From NCBI GenBank assembly GCA_051313645.2, contig JBNRSN020000006.1, forward strand, positions 241,862,001 through 241,926,000: 64,000 nt of DNA, read 5' to 3'. This document shows positions 49,393 through 60,552 of the stretch, piece by piece. Below the pieces are notes generated by a model. That model was not told the origin of the DNA and did no database searches. It was given only the letters and a program-made list of their open reading frames with translations. Numbering within the stretch: position 1 is the stretch's first letter; each line of letters begins with the position of its first letter. The DNA comes from Centroscyllium fabricii. Taxonomy: Eukaryota. The translations under genes were made by a program, and so were the position numbers.

Positions 49393-52300
49393 GGAGGAAA
49401 AATTCGGTTGGTTTGCGCCTCCCGTTAGCGCCTTAAGAGGACGCTGATGGGGTGCAAAGCAACTAGCCCCCGTGCGCGACAATGTTTGCGCCGCTCACAA
49501 AATTAACTAGACATTTTGCGGCGGCACTAAACATTACCGCCACGATCTACTGCGGCGGCAGATCGTGACGTCAGTTGAGAGTGCAACGCCCTGGTAGCAC
49601 CCCGGACCGGATATTGAGTGGCACCCTTTGTCTTACCACCTGCTGATAGCAACGACAGGTTGAGGGGAATGTTTTGCATTCGGGAAGGGACTGGGGGAGT
49701 GCTATTTAAAGGTGACCCTTCTTGCCATTTTTTATAGGTGAAATTTTTGTGCCACGCATTCCTCGTGAGAGAGAGAAGCAGGTGGTGCAGATGGCATACT
49801 AAACGAGATGCTAAAACACACTGATGATAAAATGAAATTGGCTATCCTAAAACTCTTCAACTTGGTTCTGAGTGTCGGTTACTTCCCTGAAGTCTGGAAC
49901 AAAGGACTTATAACACCCATATTTAAAAGTGGAGACAAACTTGACCCAAACAATTACCGAGGCATCTGTGTGAACAGTAATCTGGGGAAGGTATTCTGTA
50001 GTATCATAAACAGAAGACTCACAAACTTTCTTAAGGAGCACAATGTCCTGAGTAACAGCCAAATTGGATTCTTACCAAATTATAGAACCTCTGACCATAT
50101 TTTCACCCTACACACCCTAATAGACAAACATGTCCTCCAAAACAAAAGCAAAATGTTTGCCTGCTTTATAGATTTCCAAAAAGGCATTTGATTCTATTTG
50201 GCACGATGGTCTATTCCTAAAACTCATTGAAAGTGGGATAGGGGGAAAAACGTATGATGTAATTAAATCAATGTACACAGGTAACAAATGTGCAGTTAAA
50301 ATCGGAGATAAACAAACAAAATATTTCTCACAGGGTCGTGGCGTGGCACAGGGCTCGTCTATCTCACCGACTCTTTTTAACATTTATATAAATGAACTGG
50401 CAAAAATACTGGAACAATCTACAGCACCTGGCCTCGCCCTACATGACTCCGAAGTTAAATTCCTCCTGTATGCAGATGATCTGGTTCTGCTGTCACCGAC
50501 AGAAGAGGGTCTACGGCAGAACCTTGATCGGTTAGAGTCATTCTGCCAGAATTGGGCCTTGAAAATAAACCCCCAAAAAACTAAAGTTCTTGTGTTCCAG
50601 CAAAGATCCAGACATCAGGGAACCAAAACAAACTTCACACTAGGAGCAACAAAAATCGAACAAACTACAAACTACACATACTTAGGCTTAAAAATCAGTT
50701 CCACGGGAAATTTTCACTTGGCTGTGAATGAACTGAAAGAGAAAGCTAAAAGGGCTTTCTATGCCATTAAGAAGTCAATCGAAATAGAAATTCCATTTGG
50801 CATTTGGATCAAAAATTTTAATTCAGTAATTCAACCAATTGCACTTTATGGCAGCGAGGTGTGGGGTCTGCTAACACACCACAAATTTGCAAAATGGGAC
50901 AAACACCCAATTGAGACCCTACATGCTAAATTCTGTAAGAGTATCCTCCGGACTCAGAGGAAAACCACAAACAATGCATGCAGGGCAGAGTTAGGCCAAT
51001 ATCCACTATTAATTAATATCCAAAAAAGAGCAATCAAATTCTGGAAACATCTAAAACTGAGCAACCCCCACAGCTATCACTACAAAGCCCTGAAATGCCA
51101 AGAAGCGAACATAAAGAGAAGTCCCCTCAGCCAACTAGTCCTGGGACTTAGCGGAGTAACTACTAACACTACTGGTAACAACCAACTTAGCGGAGTAACT
51201 ACTAACACTACTGGTAACAACCAGCCCCAGGACAGTGACATCCTAGCACTCAGAATCCGACCCAACACAATTATTACTAAACAAAAAGAAAAATACTTGA
51301 ATTACTGGACAGAAATGACAAAAACCCAAAACAAACTAGATTGTTATTTGGCCCTAAACAGACAGTACACCATGGCTGATTACCTGACCATGGTGAAAGA
51401 TAGCAAACTGAGAAAAACCCTGACAATGTGCAGACTTAGCGAGCACAGCCTAGCCATCGAAAAAGGCAGACACAGAAAGACTTGGCTGCCCAGAGAGGAA
51501 AGGCTGTGCTCCCACTGCAGTCAGGGAGTGGTGGAGACAGAACTGCACTTCCTCACAACTTGCGAAAACTATCAAGAAATAAGGGGAAATTTCTTCCCAA
51601 AATTTGCAACAACATGCCCTGAATTCAAAAATTTGAATGACCACTAAAAACTCCCATATCTATTGGGGGAACAGAGGGACTGTATAAAATTAGCGGCAAA
51701 CTATGTCACAGCTTGCCATAAGCAGAGGAACAACCAGTGACCATTGAAGCTAGGAAGAGCATACAAGATCTATATGCAGGTATATATGTATGTGTTTGCA
51801 TAGCTATTCATTCAATACGTCTGGTTATGCATTTGTATGTCCAATTGTATATGTTCTTTTTCTGTGCTTTGGCAACATAGGGTGTATCTTGTCATGCCAA
51901 TAAAGTAATTTGAATTGAATTGAATTGAATTGAATTGAGAGAGACTGCAGGCGTTGAGGAGTTTTGGGTACTGAGCAGAACTTTGCAGGTTCTTTCTGAC
52001 TTGATCTTCCTTGTATCGATTTAAAAGAGACTGTGGGGGCTGCACTCTGAGCTCGTTCCCTGGGTCTCTCCATTGTTCTTTCCAACAGATTAGATGTACA
52101 GGTCTCTCTAGGTCGAGATTCAAGGCTGCAATGAGCAGGGTGTGGATGGAGAGCAAGATCGACCCTCCCCTTTAAGAACTGGCCGGCACCAGTGTGTCTG
52201 TGTTCCATTGCTGACTGACATCACATGAGCTTCGCCCGCGCTCTGAGGTAGCGCCTCGCTCCTCGGCGTTAGCACCTTAAGACAGGTGTGTAGCGCCTGA

Positions 52301-52433
52301 TTTAGCGCTCCAATCACCTCCAGGGGTGATAAAAGCCAAGTTTGCAGTCGGAGGCGATAATTAGCGCCAGGCGCTAATCTTTGCGCCCGGCCGATAATTG
52401 CGCCCCAAATGGGAAGATGCCGAATTTCTCCCC
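49393..52433. mobile_element. Non-autonomous DNA transposon (PIF/Harbinger-like), split by the RTEX-like LINE
   Basis: Imperfect 14-bp TIR GGAGGAAAATTCGG / CCGAATTTCTCCCC (11/14), TGA directly outside both ends, and GC-rich arms with repeated TTAGCGCC/GGCGCTAA motifs. Confidence 0.55.
49783..51936 (+). mobile_element. 5'-truncated RTEX-like non-LTR retrotransposon (RT + C-terminal Cys/His motif), pseudogenised
   Basis: RT motifs NYRGI, FIDFQK(A)FD, GVAQG..SPTLFNIYINEL, LLYADDLVL, and C-terminal RLCSHC...ETELHFLTTC. Frameshift in the A-run at ~50180, in-frame TAA at 51645, tail AATAAAG(TTGAA)n. Clade assignment is from memory. Confidence 0.8.
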
Positions 52434-52737
52434 TGAATGTTTCATTAATAATGGGCTTACCGCTCACTCCATTTTGAATTAGACAATTCAGCTTTTGAGT
52501 CTGATGTTCAGAAATTTGTAAAACGTGAATGGACGCCAAAATTCTGTGTTGTTAAAAATTGCGGCACTTTTTCCATCAGATATTTCTGTGTATTATGATG
52601 ACAAGATAGAAAGAAAGTGAATTGATATAGTGCCTTTGAGAGCCTCAGGACGTATCAAAGCCAATGATTTTTGAAGTGTAGTCACTACAGTTATGCAGCC
52701 ACATGTGACAGACAACTTGCACACAGCAAATAAGATG

Positions 52738-53007
52738 CATAAACAGGTCCAGGCAGCGGGTCGTCAAGGGGGTCGTTCGTCCTGATTGCCTGCCTCTCTT
52801 CCGCAGCTTTGTTCGCGCCCGGGTGGCCCTGGAGATGGAGCACGCGGTGTCCGCCGGCACACATGAAGCCTTCCGCGACCAGTGGGCGCCGCGGGGACTG
52901 GAGTGCATCATCACCCCGGTCAACGCAATTTTTATTTAATTTGTTACGTTTTATTTAAAGTTTTATAAATTTACAGCTGATTTGTTTAATGATCCAATCA
53001 AAAGAGG
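52738..53007 (+). mobile_element. 3' end of a Tx1/L1-like LINE
   Basis: GC-rich ORF end (RARVALEMEHAVSAGT..AFRDQWAPRGLECII) plus T-rich 3'UTR. 13-bp TSD AGCAAATAAGATG / AGCAAATAGGATG (52725-52737 / 53008-53020). Confidence 0.6.
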
Positions 53008-53055
53008 AGCAAATAGGATGAGGTAAAGAAGAAAGAAATTGCATTTATAGAGCGA

Positions 53056-56000
53056 CCTGCTCACTCTGCCCTTCCCCATCCTGCTCACTCTTCCCTTCCC
53101 TTATCCTGCTCACTCTAGTCTTCCCGTATCCTGCTCACTCTGGCCTTCCCGTATTCTGCTCACTCTGGCCTTCCCGTATTCTGCTCACTCTAGTCTTCCC
53201 GTATCCTGCTCACTCTAGTCTTCCCGTATCCTGCTCACTCTAGTCTTCCTGTATCCTGCTCACTCTGGCCTTCCTGTATTCTGCTCACTCTGGCCTTCCC
53301 GTATCCTGCTCACTCTAGTCTTCCCGTATCCTACTCACTCTGGCCTTCCCGTATTCTGCTCACTCTGGCCTTCCCGTATCCTGCTCACTCTGGCCTTCCC
53401 GTATTCTGCTCATTCTGGCCATCCCGTATTCTGCTCACTCTAGTCTTCCCGTATCCTACTCACTCTGGCCTTCCCGTATCCTGCTCATTCTGGCCATCCC
53501 GTATCCTGCTCATTCTGGCCATCCCGTATTCTGCTCACTCTAGTCTTCCCGTATCCTGCTCACTCTGGCCTTCCCTTATTCTGCTCACTCTGGCCATCCC
53601 GTATCCTGCTCATTCTGGCCTTCCCGTATCCTGCTCACTCTAGTCTTCCTGTATCCTGCTCACTCTGGCCTTCCCGTATCCTGCTCACTCTAGTCTTCCC
53701 GTATCCTGCTCACTCTAGTCTTCCCGTATTCTGCTCACTCTAGTCTTCCCGTATCCTGCTCACTCTGGCCTTCCCGTATTCTGCTCACTCTGGCCTTCCC
53801 GTATTCTGCTCACTCTAGTCTTCCCGTATCCTGCTCACTCTGGCCTTCCCGTATTCTGCTCACTCTGGCCTTCCCGTATCCTGCTCACTCTAGTCTTCCC
53901 GTATCCTGCTCACTCTGGCCTTCCCGTATTCTGCTCACTCTAGTCTTCCCGTATTCTGCTCACTCTGGCCTTCCCGTATTCTGCTCACTCTGGCCTTCCC
54001 GTATCCTGCTCACTCTAGTCTTCCCGTATCCTGCTCACTCTAGTCTTCCCGTATTCTGCTCACTCTGGCCTTCCCGTATTCTGCTCACTCTAGTCTTCCC
54101 GTATTCTGCTCACTCTAGTCTTCCCGTATTCTGCTCACTCTAGTCTTCCCGTATTCTGCTCACTCTGGCCTTCCCGTATTCTGCTCACTCTGGCCTTCCC
54201 GTATACTGCTCACTCTAGTCTTCCCGTATCCTGCTCACTCTAGTCTTCCCGTATCCTGCTCACTCTGGCCTTCCCGTATTCTGCTCACTCTAGTCTTCCC
54301 GTATCCTGCTCACTCTAGTCTTCCCGTATCCTGCTCACTCTGGCCTTCCCGTATCCTGCTCACTCTAGTCTTCCCGTATCCTGCTCACTCTAGTCTTCCC
54401 GTATCCTGCTCACTCTGGCCTTCCCGTATCCTGCTCACTCTGGCCATCCCGTATTCTGCTCACTCTAGTCTTCCCGTATCCTGCTCACTCTAGTCTTCCC
54501 GTATCCTGCTCACTCTGGCCTTCCCGTATTCTGCTCACTCTGGCCTTCCCGTATTCTGCTCACTCTAGTCTTCCCGTATCCTGCTCACTCTAGTCTTCCC
54601 GTATTCTGCTCACTCTAGTCTTCCCGTATTCTGCTCACTCTAGTCTTCCCGTATCCTGCTCACTCTAGTCTTCCCGTATCCTGCTCACTCTAGTCTTCCC
54701 GTATCCTGCTCACTCTAGTCTTCCCGTATTCTGCTCACTCTGGCCTTCCCGTATTCTGCTCACTCTAGTCTTCCCGTATCCTGCTCATTCTGGCCTTCCC
54801 GTATCCTGCTCACTCTGGCCTTCCCGTATTCTGCTCACTCTGGCCTTCCCGTATTCTGCTCACTCTGGCCTTCCCGTATTCTGCTCACTCTGGCCTTCCC
54901 GTATCCTGCTCACTCTAGTCTTCCCGTATCCTGCTCACTCTAGTCTTCCCGTATCCTGCTCATTCTGGCCATCCCGTATTCTGCTCACTCTGGCCTTCCC
55001 GTATTCTGCTCACTCTAGTCTTCCCGTATCCTGCTCACTCTAGTCTTCCCGTATCCTGCTCACGCTAGTCTTCCCGTATCCTGCTCACTCTAGTCTTCCC
55101 GTATCCTGCTCTCGCTAGTCTTCCCGTATCCTGCTCACTCTAGTCTTCCCGTATCCTGCTCACTTGAGTCTTCCCGTATCCTGCTCACGCTAGTCTTCCC
55201 GTATCCTGCTCACTCTGGCCTTCCCGTATCCTGCTCTCGCTAGTCTTCCTGTATCCTGCTCACTCTGGCCTTCCCGTATTCTGCTCACTCTAGTCTTCCC
55301 GTATCCTGCTCACCCTGGCCTTCCCGTATCCTGCTCACTCTAGTCTTCCCGTATCCTGCTCATTCTGGCCATCCCGTATCCTGCTCACTCTGGCCTTCCC
55401 GTATCCTGCTCACTCTAGTCTTCCCGTATCATGCTCATTCTGGCCATCCTGTATCCTGCTCACTCTGGCCTTCCCGTATCCTGCTCACTCTAGTCTTCCC
55501 GTATCCTGCTCATTCTGGCCATCCCGTATCCTGCTCACGCTAGTCTTCCCGTATCCTGCTCACTCTAGTCTTCCCGTATCCTGCTCTCGCTAGTCTTCCC
55601 GTATCCTGCTCACTCTAGTCTTCCCGTATCCTGCTCACTCTAGTCTTCCCGTATCCTGCTCACTCTAGTCTTCCCGTATCCTGCTCACGCTAGTCTTCCC
55701 GTATCCTGCTCACTCTGGCCTTCCCGTATCCTGCTCTCGCTAGTCTTCCTGTATCCTGCTCACTCTGGCCTTCCCGTATTCTGCTCACTCTAGTCTTCCC
55801 GTATCCTGCTCACTCTGGCCTTCCCGTATCCTGCTCACTCTAGTCTTCCCGTATCCTGCTCATTCTGGCCATCCCGTATCCTGCTCACTCTGGCCTTCCC
55901 GTATCCTGCTCACTCTAGTCTTCCCGTATCCTGCTCATTCTGGCCATCCCGTATCCTGCTCACTCTGGCCTTCCCGTATCCTGCTCACTCTAGTCTTCCC

Positions 56001-56097
56001 GTATCCTGCTCATTCTGGCCATCCCGTATCCTGCTCTTGCTAGTCTTCCCGTATCCTGCTCACTCTAGTCTTCCCGTATCCTGCTCATTCTGGCCTT
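53056..56097. repeat. 25-bp minisatellite, left part (CTTCCCGTATCCTGCTCACTCTAGT with TGGC/TAGT and C/T variants)
   Basis: Directly visible, ~120 units with strictly kept 25-bp period. Confidence 0.98.
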
Positions 56098-56342
56098 TGT
56101 GGCGGTACACCCACGGGGATATTGAATCCGCCAACGGGGCTCCGCGGAGCAAAGCTCCGCTCATCCGGGTGACGCGACTATGTCATCACGTCGGCCGACG
56201 CGATGACGTCACCAACCGCGGGACCGTTTAAATATGCCTGTCCTGAGTGGTTCTGCCTCTTTCTTGTATTATAGTTGTTGATTAAAGCTGTGTTTTCTCT
56301 AAGCTCTGGCTCACGCGTGGTCTCTAGGCCTGAGGCGCTACA
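56098..56342 (+). repeat. 5' LTR
   Basis: Identical to 60308-60552 except at 2 positions; contains TGACGTCA, TTTAAATA and ATTAAA. Confidence 0.97.
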
Positions 56343-56343
56343 G

Positions 56344-56355
56344 TGGTGACCCCGA
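56344..56355 (+). promoter_or_regulatory. Primer-binding site complementary to the tRNA-Trp 3' end
   Basis: TGGTGACCCCGA is the reverse complement of ...UCGGGGUCACCA (vertebrate tRNA-Trp); it lies 1 nt after the LTR. Confidence 0.85.
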
Positions 56356-56430
56356 ACTGGAACGAATTCCAGGAAAGAAAAAGCTGCCACAGGATCTGGG
56401 ACCTCCAGCCAAAGACTTTTTAACAGAAAC

Positions 56431-57450
56431 ATGGTCAACCCAAGGAATCAAGCTCCACGAACGCAAGGAGCTGGACAGAACGTCGGGCGCGGACTTATTT
56501 TACCCGAGTTCTGGGAGCAACGGCCAGCGGCCTGGTTTGTCTGCATAGAGGCCAGCTGCCGCTCACATGGCATACAAGGGGACGACCGCTACGACTTGGT
56601 GTTCACAGCCCTTCCTCAAACGACCATCGATAGGATGTGGTCAAAGATCCAGCGCGTGCCCTCTGCAGGCAGGTATGAAACGCTTAAGGCCGCGCTCATT
56701 AAGAAATTTACCCCCTCCCAGTTTGAGCGCGACTGCCAGCTCCTGGACCTCCCCGAACTCGGGGACACCGACCCATCGGACCTCTTAGGTCAGATGCAGG
56801 CGCTTACTCCCAATCCCGCCACCCTATTTCGCACAGTCTTCCTCCTCAAATTGCCCCGCGCCATCAGACCGGCCTTGGCGGCCCTAGGCCATCGCAGCGA
56901 CGATGAGCTCGGCGAGGAAGCCGACAGGCTGATGGAGGCGCAGCGCACCCGCTCCACCACGTGCGAACCTAACTCGGCATCGGTGGAGCGCAGCTATTCA
57001 CCCCCCAGGCACAACTTTACGCCTGAACCTAGGGCCCTGCGCCCGCCTAAACAACCGCGTCCCTCTAGCACCGGCTGGTGCTACTACCACACGCGGTTCG
57101 ACCACAAAGCGCACCGCTGCGTCCAGCCATGCGCGTTTAAACCCAGGCCTAACTCAGCCCCCACCATGTCTGTAGGCCACACAGGAGCACTGCTCTTCGC
57201 CACAGACAGCGGTACCGTCGTCAGGTTCCTCTGCGACACAGGCGCGCAGCACAGCATCGTGCCAGCCTCCCCTGCAGAAACCAAACGAGGTACATGGGGC
57301 CCGCCACTAGCGGCAGCCAACGGGTCTAATATAAAAACGTACGGCACCCGCAAGCTAACTATAACCCTTGCAAGCCACGCGTACACCTGGGATTTTGTAA
57401 CGGCCCAGGTCACTTCTCCCCTCCTCGGGGCAGACTTCCTCTGCGCCTAG
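56431..57450 (+). CDS. gag: Gypsy gag + aspartic protease (ends at an in-frame TAG)
   Basis: LPEFW...WF capsid-like start, C-x2-H-x9-C-x3-C (CYYHTRFDHKAHRCVQPC), protease FLCDTGAQHSIVP and LLGADFL. Confidence 0.9.
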   Translation: MVNPRNQAPRTQGAGQNVGRGLILPEFWEQRPAAWFVCIEASCRSHGIQGDDRYDLVFTALPQTTIDRMWSKIQRVPSAGRYETLKAALIKKFTPSQFERDCQLLDLPELGDTDPSDLLGQMQALTPNPATLFRTVFLLKLPRAIRPALAALGHRSDDELGEEADRLMEAQRTRSTTCEPNSASVERSYSPPRHNFTPEPRALRPPKQPRPSSTGWCYYHTRFDHKAHRCVQPCAFKPRPNSAPTMSVGHTGALLFATDSGTVVRFLCDTGAQHSIVPASPAETKRGTWGPPLAAANGSNIKTYGTRKLTITLASHAYTWDFVTAQVTSPLLGADFLCA

Positions 57451-60264
57451 GGCCTACTGGTCGATGTAACTCGGCGCCGCCTGGTGAATTTAAACACCAT
57501 GACGACCATCCCATGTTCCACAGGGCCCGCACTCCTGGCCCACGCGGCAGCCCAATGCCGCTCCGGGGACCCCGATGCCTACGGCACGCTCCTGGCAGAG
57601 TTCCCCGCCCTTACCAACCCCACGTTCACCGCCCGCAAGGCCAAACACGGAGTGGAACATTTTATAACGACCACAGGTCCTCCAGTCCATGCCCACGCCC
57701 GCAGGCTCGACCCAGCCAAGCAGGAGATCGCGCTCACTGAGTTCCGCACTATGGAGCAACTCGGCATAATCCGCCGCTCCAACAGCCCCTGGGCCTCTCC
57801 GCTCCACATAGCCCCCAAGCCCGACGGAGGCTGGCGCCCCTGCGGCGACTACTGCCGCCTTAACAACGCCACCACCCCGGATAGGTACCCCGTACCCCAC
57901 ATCCAGGATTTTTCCGCCAGATTGGCAGGGTGTATGATCTTTTCCAAGATCGACCTGGTGTGTGGCCACCACCAGGTGCCCGTACACCCGGCGGACATTC
58001 CCAAAACGGCCGTAATTACCCCCTTCGGGCTCTTCGAATTTCTGAGGATGCCCTTCGGCCTCAAAAACGCGGCCCAGGCCTTCCAGCGCCTCATGGACTC
58101 AGTCCTCAGGGACTTGAAGTTCATATTCGTCTACTTAGACGATATCCTCGTGGCCAGCACCTCCCCCCAGGAACACCTCCTGCACCTCAGGACCCTGTTC
58201 CAGCGCCTTACTGAGCATGGCCTTATCCTTAGCCCCACTAAATGTAAGTTCGGCCTCGGGACCATTGACTTCCTCGGCCACCGCATTTCGCCCACAGGGG
58301 CCATTCCCCTGCCCTCCAAGGTGCAGGCGGTACAGGAATTTCCCCGCCCGCATACCATTAAAGGGCTGCAGGAATTTTTGGGGATGGTAAACTTCTATAA
58401 CCGTTTCATCCCCGGAGCAGCCGCTCTCATGGCCCCATTATATCAGGCCACCCGCGGGCAGTCTAACAAGGCTGCGGTGGTGTGGACGGCCGACGCCGCC
58501 ACCGCCACCGCCTTCACCGCAACTAAAACGGCCTTGGCTAACGCCACCCTCCTGGCCCACCCTAGGCCCAACGCCAGAGTAGCCCTTACCACCGACGCCT
58601 CCGACCACGCGGTCGGGGCCGTATTCGAACAGTGGACCGGCGACTCGTGGCAACCCCTGGCCTTTTTCAGCCGACAACTCCGGCCCCCAGAGGTAAAATA
58701 CAGCGCCTTTGATAGGGAGCTACTTGCTCTCCATCTGGCGGTGCGACATTTTCGTTTCCTCTTGGAGGGCCGACACTTTACAGCCTTCAGCGACCACAAG
58801 CCACTCACGTTTGCGATGGCTAAGGTCGCTGAACCCTGGTCGGCCAGGCAGCAGCGCCAACTCGCGGCCGTGTCGGAATTTACAACCGACATTCAACACA
58901 TTTCCGGCCGCAACAACGTGGTCGCTGACTGCCTCTCACGCCCTACCATTAACGCCGCCCAAATGGCGGTTGATTACGCCCAGCTGGCCGCAGACCAGCT
59001 GGCCGACCCTGACCTACTTAACGCAGCAACTAATCTCCCCGGCCTACACTTGGCCAATATCGCGTACGGCCCCGCTGCCACCGTCGTCTGCTGCAACGTT
59101 TCGTTACCGCAACCCAGGCCCGTCGTGCCCCTCGCTTGGAGGCAACAAATCTTTAGGACCCTCCACGACCTGTCCCACCCCGGCGCCCGCGCGTCCATTA
59201 AGCTTATATCGGCCCGTTTCGTATGGCGCGGCCTGCGCAAAGACGTCCGCGCCTGGGCCAGCTCCTGCATAGCCTGCCAGCGCTCCAAAGTGCACAAGCA
59301 CATCAGGGCACCGCTGGAAAATTTTAAGGTACCGGCCAGGCGTTTTGACCACGTCCATATCGACCTCGTCGGGCCACTACCGCCATCTCGCAACCACACG
59401 CACCTACTGACCATGGTTGACCGCAACACTCGCTGGCCTGAAGCAGTCCCCCTTACCGCCACCAGCACCACGGACCTGGCCAGGGCGTTTATCGCCACCT
59501 GGGTCGCCCGATTCGGCGTGCCCACAGACATCACCTCCGACAGAGGACCCCAGTTTACGTCGACGCTATGGGCGGCCATCGCCCGCGACCTCGGGGTGAC
59601 ACTACACAGAACCACCGCATACCACCCACAGGCGAACGGCCTATGCGAACGGTTCCACCGCTCGATGAAGGCATCACTACGGGCCACGCTGAAAGACGCA
59701 TCATGGACCGACCGCCTTCCATGGGTCCTCCTCGGGCTGCGCTCGGCAGTCAAAGAAGACCTCAACGCCTCAGCAGCAGAGCTCGTCTACGGCCAAGCTT
59801 TAACGGTACCGGGCGAATTTCTGGCTGAGCCCAACGCCCCCTGGTCAGCAGACCAGTATTTGAAAGACTGGGCAAACCCGGCACGAGCTTTCCAACCACT
59901 ACCAGTGGCCCGGCATGGAGAGCCGGCAGCTCGGGTGCCAGAGGACATTAAAAATGTCAAATGGGTGTTCATCCGGCGCGACGGACACCGATCGCCACTA
60001 CAGCCACCTTATGATGGCCCATACAGAGTGCTTCGGGCGGGAGCTAAAACTTTTGATTTACAGATGGGTAACAGAACCGAAACAGTAACAATAGACCGGC
60101 TCAAGCCGGCACATGTGATAGCGGGCGAGACCACGGTCCCCGCACAACCACCGCAACGCGGTCGCCCTCCCGCAACGAAACCCGCCCACACTCCAACGCA
60201 GAACCGGAAACTGCTAGCAACACGGTCCGGCCGCATCATCCGGCCGCCCCAACGACACACATAG
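57451..60264 (+). CDS. pol: Gypsy pol: reverse transcriptase, RNase H, integrase (same frame as gag; ORF track starts at 57484)
   Basis: SPWASPLH, MPFGLKNA, YLDDILV, TTDASDHAVGAV, DRELLA, ADCLSR, H-x3-H...C-x2-C, IDLVGPLP, TSDRGPQF, ERFHR, GPY motif. Confidence 0.93.
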   Translation, partial: GLLVDVTRRRLVNLNTMTTIPCSTGPALLAHAAAQCRSGDPDAYGTLLAEFPALTNPTFTARKAKHGVEHFITTTGPPVHAHARRLDPAKQEIALTEFRTMEQLGIIRRSNSPWASPLHIAPKPDGGWRPCGDYCRLNNATTPDRYPVPHIQDFSARLAGCMIFSKIDLVCGHHQVPVHPADIPKTAVITPFGLFEFLRMPFGLKNAAQAFQRLMDSVLRDLKFIFVYLDDILVASTSPQEHLLHLRTLFQRLTEHGLILSPTKCKFGLGTIDFLGHRISPTGAIPLPSKVQAVQEFPRPHTIKGLQEFLGMVNFYNRFIPGAAALMAPLYQATRGQSNKAAVVWTADAATATAFTATKTALANATLLAHPRPNARVALTTDASDHAVGAVFEQWTGDSWQPLAFFSRQLRPPEVKYSAFDRELLALHLAVRHFRFLLEGRHFTAFSDHKPLTFAMAKVAEPWSARQQRQLAAVSEFTTDIQHISGRNNVVADCLSRPTINAAQMAVDYAQLAADQLADPDLLNAATNLPGLHLANIAYGPAATVVCCNVSLPQPRPVVPLAWRQQIFRTLHDLSHPGARASIKLISARFVWRGLRKDVRAWASSCIACQRSKVHKHIRAPLENFKVPARRFDHVHIDLVGPLPPSRNHTHLLTMVDRNTRWPEAVPLTATSTTDLARAFIATWVARFGVPTDITSDRGPQFTSTLWAAIARDLGVTLHRTTAYHPQANGLCERFHRSMKASLRATLKDASWTDRLPWVLLGLRSAVKEDLNASAAELVYGQALTVPGEFLAEPNAPWSADQYLKDWANPARAFQPLPVARHGEPAARVPEDIKNVKWVFIRRDGHRSPLQPPYDGPYRVLRAGAKTFDLQMGNRTETVTIDRLKPAHVIAGETTVPAQPPQRGRPPATKPAHTPTQNRKLLATRSGRIIRPPQRHT

Positions 60265-60307
60265 ACACTTTGCACTATTACTCCCGGACGGATTCTGGGG
60301 GGAGCTG

Positions 60308-60552
60308 TGTGGCGGTACACCCACGGGGATATCGAATCCGCCAACGGGGCTCCGCGGAGCAAAGCTCCGCTCATCCGGGTGACGCGACTACGTCATCACG
60401 TCGGCCGACGCGATGACGTCACCAACCGCGGGACCGTTTAAATATGCCTGTCCTGAGTGGTTCTGCCTCTTTCTTGTATTATAGTTGTTGATTAAAGCTG
60501 TGTTTTCTCTAAGCTCTGGCTCACGCGTGGTCTCTAGGCCTGAGGCGCTACA
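60308..60552 (+). repeat. 3' LTR
   Basis: Direct repeat of the 5' LTR, preceded by a polypurine tract and followed by the CCTT TSD. Confidence 0.97.

Larger units (their letters stand above)
56098..60552 (+). mobile_element. Full-length Ty3/Gypsy LTR retrotransposon, CsRn1-like clade
   Basis: 245-bp LTRs (TG...CA), 4-bp TSD CCTT, tRNA-Trp PBS, PPT at 60297-60304, gag-PR-RT-RH-IN order, CHCC gag motif. Confidence 0.95.

Noticed and set aside
57490-60374. Multiple antisense or alternative-frame ORFs up to 263 aa, possible env or accessory gene
   Set aside because: Expected in GC-rich pol sequence; pol ends 43 nt before the 3' LTR, leaving no room for env.
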